From NCBI GenBank assembly GCA_965112735.1, contig OZ218957.1, positions 806,001-870,000 on the forward strand: DNA of 64,000 nucleotides, read 5' to 3'. The position numbers were made by a program, and so were the translations under genes. Each line of letters opens with the position of its first letter. The first letter of the stretch is position 1. Below, piece by piece: positions 12,715-23,990 of the stretch. Below the pieces are notes generated by a model. The model saw only the letters and a program-made list of their open reading frames with translations, was not told the origin of the DNA and did not search any database. The DNA comes from Phaeosaccion multiseriatum (Eukaryota; Protista; Ochrophyta, other classes).

Positions 12715-13918
12715 CCATCCATCTATCCGTCCACCCATCCATCCATCTGTCCATCCATCCATCCATCCATCTATCCATCCATCTATCCATCCATCCATCT
12801 ATCCATCCATCCATCTATCCATCCATCCATGTATCTATCCATCCACCCATCTATCCATCCTTCCATCCATCCATCCCCACGGCTCCTGTCTGTCTCTATG
12901 CGGCATACAGGAAGTGTCGAGGGCGCAGGCACGGGCTACCGAGCTGGAGGCGAGCATGGAGCGAGAAAGGAGCGAAAAGCACAAAGCCCTGCTCGAGAAG
13001 GAGGAGTTCCGAGCCCATATACACAAGTTGGCCAGGCAGCTCAAGAGGCATCAAGAGAGAGAGGCCACGGCAGCACGGAGGGAGCTCGAACATCTCCGGG
13101 TAGAGTACTTGGCGAGGGAGGAGAGGTGAGGGAGCGAGGGAAGGAAGGAGGAGAGAGGAAAGAAGGGAGGGAGGGAGGGAGGGAGGGAGGGAGGGAGGGA
13201 GGGAGGGAGGGAGGGAGGGAGGGAGGGAGGGAAAGAGGGAGGGAGGGCATGAGTGAGTGAGTGTGTCCCGTCCTGTCGTGTCGTGTCCTGCCCATCCTTC
13301 CTCGAGTGGAGGAGGAGCTTTGCTTACCTACTCGGTGGACAACCTCTCCACTGCAGCGCATATTGCCTTTCTTTACCTCACTGTTACTATTACTATTGAT
13401 GGCCCCACCCTTTCTGATTCATGTCCGCCCAATGTCCTCCCGCACCTCCCCCTCCTGACCCATCAACTGCCATCCCTGTCGCGAAAGGTTCATGCTCGAC
13501 GGCGACAGGAACGCGTTGCGAAGCATCAAGCAAGAAATGGACGAGATGCGAAGAGCGGCGGCAGGGGCAGCGGCGGCGGCGACGGCGGCGAACAGTAGTG
13601 ACAGAACAGTGCTTGGGGAAGGCAGGGATGACCACGGCCATGATGAGAGCAGGGGCAGCAGCGGCAGCAGCGGCGGCAGCGGCCAGCGCTCTAGACCGAG
13701 GAGGAGGCGGCAGGTAACAACGACGGTCTCCTCCGACAGCAGTCGAAGGGAGCGAGAGGAGCACGAGCAAGGATTCGAAGGCTGCCATAGCGAAGATCCC
13801 TCTCCCAGAGCCTTCCCTTCCCCCACCCGCCACCCCGGTCCTCCTGGTGTTGGTGTATCACCAACTGCTGCGGGCTCGCGTAAGACCACTGTCACTCGCA
13901 GCTCGAGTCGACGACCGC

Positions 13919-13956
<38 letters not shown>

Positions 13957-14277
13957 TTGGTGATACAGCAGCAGTCGTATGGGCAGCAGCAGTACTCGCG
14001 AGGAGAGTCTCATCCGCGAAAGGGGCAGGAGAATGCGTCTTCTCACCAGCAGGAGCTCAGGCTCGGTGGTATGGACGGAGGAGGGTCGAAGGAGGGCGGC
14101 CGCGAGGAGAGTGAAGAGGTGCGCAGCGCAAGCGCTCTGCAGTGGCGGGCGGAGCTCTTGGCCACGGGGCTGTACACAGATGGCGACCGCGCCATTCAGT
14201 GCCTCGACAGGGACGCGAGGGGTGACAGGGGCGGGCAACAGCAGCGGAGGCCGCCGCCGGATCGTGCGAAGGGGTAA
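9557..14277 (+). CDS. CEP120: CEP120-like centriolar protein (C2 domains + coiled coil), ~1094 aa
   Basis: Exons 9557-11836, 12911-13125, 13488-14277, frame-consistent. The C2 segment [10 protein letters not shown]...[15 protein letters not shown]...[25 protein letters not shown], the ILEDLG motif and the WEEWRRREE...[20 protein letters not shown] coiled coil resemble CEP120. Confidence 0.82.
11837..11973. repeat. 14-bp minisatellite (GTGCGTGCGTGTGG)n beginning at the 5' splice site
   Basis: Seen directly at the start of CEP120 intron 1. Confidence 0.9.
12213..12875. repeat. Degenerate (CCAT)n microsatellite in CEP120 intron 1
   Basis: Seen directly. Confidence 0.95.
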
Positions 14278-14770
14278 GGCGGTAAAGGTAGCGGTAGCTG
14301 TGCGTGGTAGTACTATGAAGGTGGAGGTGTATGTACAGAGCTGTGGCCTTGGCGGGTGGGGTTTGCGAGAGTAGGATGGATGGCCTCCCAAAGCTTTCGT
14401 ACTTACACAACTGTATTCATTCGTACATTTTTAACCCCCCTCCCCTTAAGCATTGCAAAATCGTGATTCTTTACGGGCTTCCCCTCCATGTACATGCATT
14501 CCCCGTCGTCTCTTTCTATTTTGCCCATCGTACTGTATCGCACACCCACAAAGGCCCGAGCTACTTTCTTTAGCTACCATGTAAATTCTATACACTGACT
14601 GATTCGATCTCCACGTAGAACAAATTGAAAGAGGGAAGAGAAGTTTAACGTTTTCCCTCTTGAGAGAGTGACAAATTCATCCTTCTGCCGAGAGGCCCAC
14701 TGCATATTCTACTCCTATTGAGTAATGAGCGAGTCAACTACCCGTAGTCAGCCGAGCAGCCAACAAGAGC

Positions 14771-15571
14771 CTACCCGCATGAAAAGGCCCGGGCGGATCG
14801 TTCTTCATTCCTTTCGTCCTCTCCTTGTACCCCCTCCTCCGAAACCGACCGGTGGCACCGCTCCCCCCCCTCCTCCTCCTCCTCGCTCTCCTCCTCGCCC
14901 TCCTCGACCACACAATGGACCTGACCATTGGGGCCATTGTCCCTTCTCCGCCGCACGGCGACCATAGAAACGTAGCAGTGATTTCGCACATTGCCGAGGC
15001 GGGAATCGCTCCTCACCAAGGGGGATGGACGCGCGGCAATGGCGATTGGGGTGGGGCAAGAAGAGGCCCTAATAGGCCTTGTCGTCGACCGCTCCATGCT
15101 GCTCGGGGGGGAGGGGGAGGCCGTCGTGGGGCAGTCGTCGCTGCTCCTCTTGCTGCCATCGGCGGTTTTGGTGGTGCCGAGGAAAAGGGTTGAGCGAACG
15201 AGCCGCTTCACTGACAAAGCTGCTCCTAGTGGGCTACGGGACAATGGCGCTTCTCCTCGCGCTGGGCTACTGCGGCGCCGGTAGCCGCGCCCTCGTTGCT
15301 GCCTCTCGTCGTCATGGCACTCTTGCCCGGCCAGCGTATCCTGAGCTCTCCGGAACCGAGAAGTCATTATTTTTGCTGCTCTAGGAAGCTCCACTGCCCA
15401 ACGCGTAGGACTCGTAGCGGGCGTCTGCGGCGACGGGCTTCGGCGCGGGCTTCGTCCACGATACGGCTCCTGCTTCTCCTCCTCCTGCTCCTGCTGCGCT
15501 CCGGTTGGTGCCGCCCCTCCTGCTGGACCGCGGTGGGCAGGACCTTGCTCGCTCAACGAGACACTCGTCAT
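14771..15571 (-). CDS. Hypothetical disordered protein, 266 aa, intronless
   Basis: ATG-initiated ORF, S/R/P-rich with an acidic tail. No recognisable domain. Confidence 0.35.
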   Translation of the reverse strand: MTSVSLSEQGPAHRGPAGGAAPTGAQQEQEEEKQEPYRGRSPRRSPSPQTPATSPTRWAVELPRAAKIMTSRFRRAQDTLAGQECHDDERQQRGRGYRRRSSPARGEAPLSRSPLGAALSVKRLVRSTLFLGTTKTADGSKRSSDDCPTTASPSPPSSMERSTTRPIRASSCPTPIAIAARPSPLVRSDSRLGNVRNHCYVSMVAVRRRRDNGPNGQVHCVVEEGEEESEEEEEGGERCHRSVSEEGVQGEDERNEERSARAFSCG

Positions 15572-15831
15572 GGTCTGCTCTTTTGCTTTTGCTTTTGCTC
15601 TGTATGCGTCTCTCTCTCTCTCTTCGCCCTCAGAGCGGCAGATGGTTTGGCCACCAAAAACTCAAGTGGTGAAACCGTCAGGGATTACCCGTCAGCGCTG
15701 GCGTCCACACGTATTTTTCCCGGAGCGTTAGCATCCCGTGCATCAGGCCACTGGCTTCTTGTGGGGCACTCTTCGTAGGGACCTGGTTTCTCCTTCCTTT
15801 TCACGCACTCCGTCGCTCCCTCCCTCCTTTT

Positions 15832-16077
15832 TCGGCCCATGGGACGTTTCTGTGGCTCCTGGCTTCTCCTGGCTTCGGGCTTTTTTGGCCGCAGCAGGCC
15901 AGCGCTGGCTTCTCGGCTTTCGGTCGTAGGCCGCCTCTGGCTTCTGGCTTGTCACTCTTTCCCGCTGGTGATTGGCTTCTGCTGGTCACAGCCCAGCCCC
16001 TGGCTTCTCGGCCTTCGGCCGCAGGCCGCCTCTGGCTTCTGCTTACCGGGGGCCAGAGAAACCTCGCCTGGGGCCGA
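15832..16077. mobile_element. ~245-bp MITE, copy 2 (diverged left TIR)
   Basis: Right end GGCTTCTGCTTACCGGGGGCCAGAGAAACCTCGCCTGGGGCCGA closely matches copy 1. Left end TCGGCCCATGGGACGTTTCTGTGGC is a degenerate TIR. Length is nearly the same as copy 1. Confidence 0.72.
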
Positions 16078-16451
16078 CCTCCTCCCTCACTCACTAGATC
16101 GCAAACTCGCTCACTCACGCACTCACGCACGCCCGCCCGCCCGCCCGCCCGCACGCACCCCCCCTCCCACTCCCTCCCTCGCTCCGCTTCTCCCTCTCTG
16201 ATCACTCACTCACGCACGCCCCCACGCACGCCCCCACGCACGCACAAACACATTCCCTTCCTCACCATTCACTCACTCACTCACTCTCGACTCACGCACT
16301 AACCCACTCAGTCACGCACTTCCTCACTCACTCACTCACTCACTCACTCACTCACTCACTCACCTACTCACGCACTAACCCACTCACTCACGCACTTCCT
16401 CACTCACGCTCGGGCGTCTTAGTAACTTCCTCGCCACTCACGTCCTCACTC

Positions 16452-16535
16452 ACCTTCATCAGGCAGACGTTCGAGAGAAGGGGGCTCTACGTGTGGCACT
16501 GTCACATCCTCTCCCACGAGGACAACGAGATGACG
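16452..16535 (+). pseudogene. Orphan fragment of a multicopper oxidase (CotA/bilirubin-oxidase-type C-terminal Cu motif)
   Basis: Translates as TFIRQTFERRGLYVWHCHILSHEDNEM, the HCHxxxHxxxxM type-1/type-3 copper signature. No other MCO exons are visible in the window. Confidence 0.75.
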
Positions 16536-17286
16536 CAAGTCTCGGTTGGTTCGACATTTCCTCACACTTTCGGGGCCGATTCCAGGCATGTTCAACAAGA
16601 ACAACGAGACAAAAAGTACTCTCCACACTTCAGAGCCTTGAAGCAAATAAAGGAGGCTTGTCATTAGTGTCTGTGGTACTAGGAGCCCTGGACAAACTTT
16701 AAGCTATGCAATGCCTTGTGCACCCCCCCCCCCTCCCCCCTTCCTGCTCCCCATCAACAGTACCTGGGGTGGTCCATGTCCCCACATGCCTCCTTCGCTT
16801 GTCTACCTGAGCGCCAAACAAGATGCCCCGGCGTTGGCCCTTCACGAAGCCCCTTGGTGCTCCACCTCCCCTAACCAGATGGCAGCGGACGGACTGATAC
16901 CCCGTGCATGGTGTCGGGCCCTGTGCTCTCTCTTCTCGCGCTTCAAGCTGGCATCGTACTGCTTAGCTTAGCTTCGCTTAACGAGCAAGAGCAAGCCCGG
17001 ACAGGAGTAAGTCCAAGTTGGCCAGACAAACGTCGCTGACACAGAGACACCTGCTGCCGTACATACATCCCTCTCTCTCTCGCGCGCTCTCTGCTCGGTG
17101 TCATCATCAACGTGGAAAATGGCCCCAACCCCAGCGCAACTGGTGCTTGCACAACGCCACACCGACACAACACGCAGAGAGAGCACTTGTGCCCTCCGCA
17201 CCGACGCGTGTGCGCATCGCTACGCATCTCTCCCTCCCTCTCTCACTGAGGACAGGCTCGTAAGGAAAGCAACCGCTACGAAACAA

Positions 17287-17319
<33 letters not shown>

Positions 17320-17330
17320 GCCGCCGCCGC

Positions 17331-18761
17331 TCAGAACGCAAAGTACTGCTCCTCCTTGAAGCCGAGCTTGGCAAAGGCCGGCTTGCACGCGTACTCAATC
17401 ATCGGCGGGGGACCACACATAAGCAGCAACACGTCGTCGGCAGGGGCTGGGAGATGCTTTCTACACATCTCTTCGCTGACAAAGCCCGAGGAGCCGGTCC
17501 AACCCTCCGGCGGACGGTCGAGGGTGTATTCGAAGCTAAAGTCGGCCCCGGGGTACCGGGTCGAAATGCCTTCAATCATATCACGCAGCAAAATGTCGTC
17601 CTCTGTTTGGTTGGCAAAGAGCAGGTTCATACTGATACCACTCCCCTCCCTCAGAATGGCGTTGATGATCTGCAGCATGGGGGTAATGCCTGTGCCTCCT
17701 GCCACCATGCCCACCTTTCTCACCACCATTGTCCCCTTCCTCACCATCTCGAACTTGCCCTTGCCGTGGTAGGTCAGGGTGCCCTTGGGGCCCCGCATAA
17801 GCATATAGTCGCCAATCCTGAGCTTCTCCAGGTGCTGGGACATTTTGCCCCCGTCTGGAAACTTTGGGTGCACGTTGGCAAAGTACACCTTTGGAAGGAT
17901 AACAAACGGGGGAGGAGAGAGAGGAGGGAGGAGGGGAAACCAGGGCAAGGAGAGTCAGGCTAGGGGAAGACGAGGAGGGAGGAGGGAAACAAGGCAAGGA
18001 TCATACATTCATGTAACAAGTATCACACTCCTCCAACACGCAGGGCACAATTTTGGCCCAATAAACACAAGGTAGCGGGTCGACAAGGACAACTACACGC
18101 GCCCACCCATTCATTCTCTTACCTTGATGACAAAATCCACGAATCCCCTCTCCTCGTCCGATGTGGTTGGCGTGTAGGACCGCAGAACCATCTTCCCGTT
18201 GTCGTCGGTGAACTTTAGGCTCACGTGCTGACCGATGGGAAGCCCCAGCCTGTGTGCTTTGCTCTGTAAGCCAAAGCGGAAGCGGCGTGTGTCGTGCGAT
18301 AGCTCCTCCTTCTCGATGAGGGGAAAGGGTGTGTACTCGTCCTTGTTCAGAGCCACCGGCGCACTGCCTTTGCCCTTGGTCAAAATGACCAGTAGCCCCA
18401 CGGTGGTCGCAATGGCGACGGCGAAAGCCGCTACCACGGGATCCTGTGGGTAGGAAAGAGGAGAATGAGAAGGAGGAGAAATGAGGGAGGAGAGGGAGGA
18501 GGACAAAACAGAGAGTAGGGGGTCAGAGGGCGACGGATCCGGCGGGGTGACCAGAAGACTAGGCCCCCGATCCCTTGAAGTCTGTCGTGAGGGTGCATCA
18601 CCTACTGCTCTTGCAGAGGCAACACACTGTTTTTTTTTGTTCGAGTAAGGAAGGCGCATCTTGAGAAAAAAGAGGGCGAGGATGTTTCTACTGCTGCTGC
18701 TGCTGCTTTGCGATGCGCTTTCCATCAAGCGACGACGACTCACGTTCACCAAAGCGTCCAT
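17331..18761 (-). CDS. CBR1: NADH-cytochrome b5 reductase with N-terminal membrane anchor, ~298 aa
   Basis: Exons 18761-18744, 18443-18123, 17888-17331. Motifs LGLPIGQHV, RSYTPT, GGKMSQHL, GMVAGGTGITPM, CGPPPM. Confidence 0.95.
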
Positions 18762-19138
18762 GTATGGTTTTGGCAGAGAAGAAGAGAAGAGAGGAGAAGG
18801 AGAGAGGGAAGGGAATGGGGGGGCGGCGGCGGGACAGTGAGTTGTTGACTTAGTAGGAATCAGGAAAGGACGCCCCCTGGGAAATCCCCTCCTCCTTTAA
18901 ACCAATATCAATATTGCTTTGCTTTCAGCTTTGCATTGAAAGCTTTCAATCGAGAGAGAGACCGGTCAGTAAAGCATGTCTGGATAATTTCACCTTTCCT
19001 CTGCTTCTCACGCTCAGCGTACCCAGGAAGTTTGGCTCAGAGACTGGGGGAAGGGTTTTGTTTTGTAAACCGTACATTTGTAGTGGTGCGCGAACGAGGG
19101 TGCCCGGTGTAGCTGCGTGGTGCAGGGGCTGAGAAAAG

Positions 19139-19774
19139 ATGAGGTCCGCGTCGAGAGGAGAGGACAGAGAACGGAGGGCGAGGAGCCCGAGCAGCGGTGG
19201 CTACCGAGAAAAGAAGCGGTACAAGAGAGAGCGGAAAAGGGGGGAGAGGGGGGGCAGCAGAAAGCGTAGACGGACCACCGCCACCGACGATCGAGGGAGG
19301 GCACCCAACTCTGCAAGGCGGAGGAGCTGGGAAAGGAGTCCACCCAGGGGAGGGGGGCAGAGACGGAGGAGCAGCAGCGGGAGCTACGACGATGAGAGGC
19401 ACTACGGCAACGGGAAGGACCCTGGAGATGGAAGAGGGGGGGCGGGAGGGCGAGGAGAGGGTGGTCGTGGGTTAGACTTTGAGGATCATAGGCGTTCGGC
19501 GGCAGGAGGAGGGGGGGGGGGTTCATCAAGAGGAGGAGGCGGTAGAGACGATGGAGGAGGGGGGGGGGGAGGAGGAGTGGGGGGAGATGTGAGTAGTAGG
19601 AGAAGTGGGCATCGGAAGCGGTCCGACAGGGACAGGACCAATCGATCAAGTAATGGGCAAGGAAGCCGGAGCACGGCGGCCACAAGCGATAGAACGGGCA
19701 GCGGAGGGGGCGAGGGGGGAGGGGGGAGGGGAGGAAACAATGCCAATAACCGCGCCTCCACCACCAACAACAGC

Positions 19775-19805
<31 letters not shown>

Positions 19806-22727
19806 GCAACAACCGCCCCGGAGGAGGAGGAGGGGGAGGAGGGGGGGGGGGGGGGTAGCAATAGCAATAGAGACAGCGAGGGCCACTTCCGAGGGAAGCC
19901 CGGGCGGGTCATTGGTAACCGCTATGAGTTGGTCAAAGACGTGGGCACGGGCACCTTCGGGCGAGTGGTGCAGTGTAGAGACCTCAAGAACGGTGGTCAT
20001 GTGGCCGTCAAGATTGTGCGTAAAGTCAAGAAGTATCACGAGAGTGCCCTCATCGAAGCCGAGATTCTCCGTGACGTGAATAAGCGGACCGGCCCCGGGC
20101 ACGATCTCTGCGTATCCATGTTCGATCAGTTTGATCACCAGGGGCACTACTGCCTTGTGTTTGAGGAGCTGGGCATGTCTCTGTATGACTTACTCAAGAA
20201 GAACCGTTACTACGGCCTGCCCATACAGGTTAGTGAGTGTGGTGTGGTCCGTAGGTGGCTCTGGTTAGGTGGGTGGGTGCGTGGGTGCGTCAGCAAAGGT
20301 CGTGAGGCACCAAACAATCATGCAGCCACCAAACAATGACATGATGATATTGGCCCTTCGACCCTCTTTCTCTCCCTCTCTCACTCGCTCTCTCTCCCTC
20401 CCCTCTACCCCCTCTATCTCTCTCTCCCTCTCTCTCCTCTCTCTCTCTCTCTCTCCATCACTATCTAACCCTCCCATCCTCCTTCCTCTCTCCTCCACAG
20501 GCGGTGCAAGCTGTGTCTCGGCAGTTGCTGCAGGCGATCCAGTTCATGCATGCAGCGGGCCTATGCCACACAGACCTCAAGCCGGAGAATATCCTCCTCG
20601 TGCACAACAGGTTAGGGAGTGAGTGAGTGGGGGAGGGAGGGAGGGAGGGAGTGGGTGAGGGAAGGAGAAAGGGAGGGAGTGAGGCAGGGGGTGAGTGGTG
20701 AGTGAGTGGGCGAGGGAAGGAGGGAGGGAGGGAGTAAGACAGTGGGTGAGTGAGTGGTTGAGGGAAGGAGGAAGGGAGGGAGTGAGACGGGGGGTGAATG
20801 GGTGAGTGAGTGGGTGAGGGAAGGAGGAAGGGAGGGAGTTAGACAGTGGGTGAGTGAGTGGGTGAGGGAAGGAGGGAGGGAGGGAGTGAGACGGGGGGTG
20901 AGTGGGTGAGTGAGTGGGTGAGGGAAGGAGGGAGGGAGTGGGTGGGTGGATGATATTCGTGAGTGAGCGATTGAGTGAGTGTATCATGAGGGAGGAGTTT
21001 ACTTGAGAGAGAGAAGAGAGTTGATGATTAACCTCACTCACGCTCTAACCCCTGCTCGCCACTTCCTTCCTTCCTTCTTTCCTTCCCGCTCCTGCTGCTA
21101 CTCTGTACATTTGCGTGCGTGGCTCACTACAGCTTCTACGATTACAAGCTGCCACACGGTGAGAGGATCGCCGTGCCGCACTCCAACGACATCAAAGGTG
21201 AGGGAGGTTATCAGTTGCATAGTTGCTGTGAGGGAGGCGGGAGGGAGGTTGTCGGTTACTTTGTTTGTACTACTACTTGCTCTTTTCATGTCTTTGTTTG
21301 TTTCAAGTATCGTCTTCCCAACTCAAGTCATGAGCTCAACCCACACATACTTTGTCTCTCTCTCACACACACACACACACATACTCACACACACGCACAC
21401 ACACACACACACACACACCATCCGCGCTCTTTGCCCCCCGAGCGGGTCGAACAAGGTTCTGCTCGGGGCTTCCTTATCTACATTTGCGGTATATTTAACC
21501 TCGCAAAAGGAGTGTCTACCCCTACTTGCTCGGCTCCACCCCGACAGTAAACGGCACTCCTTCCGCACATTGTCCCTAGCCTGGTGGTCACTCTCACTCT
21601 CTCACTCTCAGTCTGTATCATTCATCATCGACGAGAGGGTACTTAGTATGTGTTGGAATGAAGCTGTGGTCTTTGACGCTTTCCCCTCCGTCCCTCTCTC
21701 CCTCCTCCCCCTCTCTTCATTCCTTCCCTCCCTCCCTACCCCTCTCCCCGCTCTTGCCCACTCAAGTGATTGACTTTGGTGGGGCGACATATAAGGACGA
21801 CCACAAGAGCTCCATCATCAACACTAGGCAGTACCGAGCCCCGGAAGTCATCCTCGATCTAGGCTGGTGCAGACCGGCCGACTTGTGGTCAGCGGGGTGC
21901 ATCATTGCGGAGATTTACCAGGGAGACCTTCTCTTTGCTACGGTACGGTGATGTGGGGGGGAGGAAGGGCAAGGAGAGAGAAGGGGAGGGAGGGGAAGAG
22001 AGGGAGGGTAGCGACCGATCGATCGGGATGGGAGAGGAGGGAGAAGCCCGATGCGGAGGGTTTGGTTCCCTCATGGCCCGCCTTTCCTCTCAATGCTAAA
22101 TGAACTCCTCCTCCATCCTCTCTTCTTCCTCCTCCTCCTCCTCCCCCTCCTCCTCCTCATCCTCCCCCTCCTCCCTCCTCGCCGTCCCCCCCCCTTTCTC
22201 TCCTCCTCCTCCCCCCCCCCCTACCCCCACCCCACCCGCAGCACGATAACATGGAGCACCTCGCCTTGATGGAACGTTGTGTCGGGGCCTTCCCTCAACG
22301 TATGCTTGACGACTCCCGCGTGGCCTCCAAGTACTTCAACAGCCGAGGCCTGTCTCGCTGGGCCAAGAGCTGCAACCGAGACAGTCAGCGCCACATTCGA
22401 CGCATGAACACCTTGGAACAGTTGACATCACACGACAGTCACACTGGCCTGGGCGGACTGTTGTCAAGCCTCTTGCAGCTCGACCCCAGTCGGAGGGCCT
22501 CTGCCAGTTGTGCATTGCGGCATGAGCATTACTCTTGGCGACCGCCTCGTGAGCCTGCCTCACCACAAGCCGTGTCGGACAGTTACAGCGCAGGGGAGGG
22601 AGCAGGGGAGGGGGCGGCGGCGGGGGCGAGGGCCGCAGGGGGCAGTGTTGAGGAAGGCGTGCGACGGGACGAGGAGGAGAGGGAGCTCTCCCTTGGTGGA
22701 GGTCGTGAGGGAGGGGCGGGGCAATGA
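19139..22727 (+). CDS. CLK: LAMMER/CLK dual-specificity kinase with RS/G-rich N-terminus, ~641 aa (one extra G in a G15 run at 19841-19855)
   Basis: Exons 19139-20228, 20501-20610, 21133-21197, 21767-21942, 22242-22727. Motifs GTGTFG, VAVKIVR, HTDLKPENILL, VIDFGGAT, TRQYRAPE, EHLALMER. Confidence 0.92.
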
Positions 22728-23990
22728 GGTTCCGACATGTCTGGCGCCGAACATGTCATGGACCTGACCGACCTTGCCAAGCAAAGCGGAACAGACGCAT
22801 TTTACATGCTGTGAGCAGAGGAGGAGGAGGGGGCGGAGGCGGGCCTTTGAATGGGACCGAGGAGGAGGGCCTTCACAACTGGCAGCAGTGGGTCGCGTCA
22901 TGTTCACGCACAGCATGTCTCCCATGAGAGGGAGGGGAGGTGTGGAGGTGTGGACGGCCGCTCCCTCCTTGGCGTTCGCTTTCGCTGTGGCCTCGCCTCG
23001 CGTCACCTTCTTGCAATAGTCAATAGTCTCGCTGCCTCTGAAGGGAGGGAGGGAAGGAGGGAGGGAGGGAAGGAGGGAGGGAGGGAAGGAGGAAGCGTGC
23101 AGAGATGTATGCATCCAACCTATCCATCCTATCCCCCCCCGCCCGTGTCTGGCCTAGGTACAGGTTTGTACTTTTATCCCCACGTGATGTGTGGGGCATT
23201 GTACACACCGGCACAGACAGACCAATTACCAATTCACAGTCGCAGCTTCGACATAGCACGATAACAGTCGCAGCTTCAGAGTAGAGCAAAAAATGGTACT
23301 CCTGTAGCATCTTTTCAGTCTCCGGTGTGACACTCGTATTCAAATTCCTTCGTCTCAGGCAGACCCTCACTCAGTCAACACAAAAGCTTTGCTTTATTCA
23401 GCGTGGGGGGTGTTTATCGAGACTATCGACTCGCAAACTCGCCCTGCTCTACAGTAAAACGGTGGTTTATGTGGCGGCTTCTTTGTAACAATACGTAAAG
23501 TTACATACAATCGATGAACGGGTCTTCCTCCTCCGCCCCTCTCCAGTACGCCCGCCCCAGTGCCTCTCACTACGCTTTTATTTCGCCTCGTCCACATCCC
23601 CTCCACCAGCAAACACCGCTTCCTATCTCCCTCCCCCACCTACCCGCCTTCCTCCCTTCATACATAGCTACCTGCCTACCTACCTGCCTACCTACCTACC
23701 TACCTACCGACCTACCCTACCTACCTACCGACCGACCGACCTCCCTTCCTACCTGCCTACCTGCCTACCTACCTACCTACCAGCTAAACGAAGGTCAGAC
23801 AACAAGCCTTACCCCCCCCCCCCCAAGCAAGCCAAGGACCAGCTAAGGACCAGAGCTGTTCTTCAGTGACAAGCCGCTGCCGCATTGGCTGGTGATGGTG
23901 AGCCTTTCAATGGGCTCGGCCTCCCGTCTAACAGGCAAGCCCTGAGCCTTGAGGGCCGCCTTGGATCCTTTGCTTTCTGTAACCGTCTCG

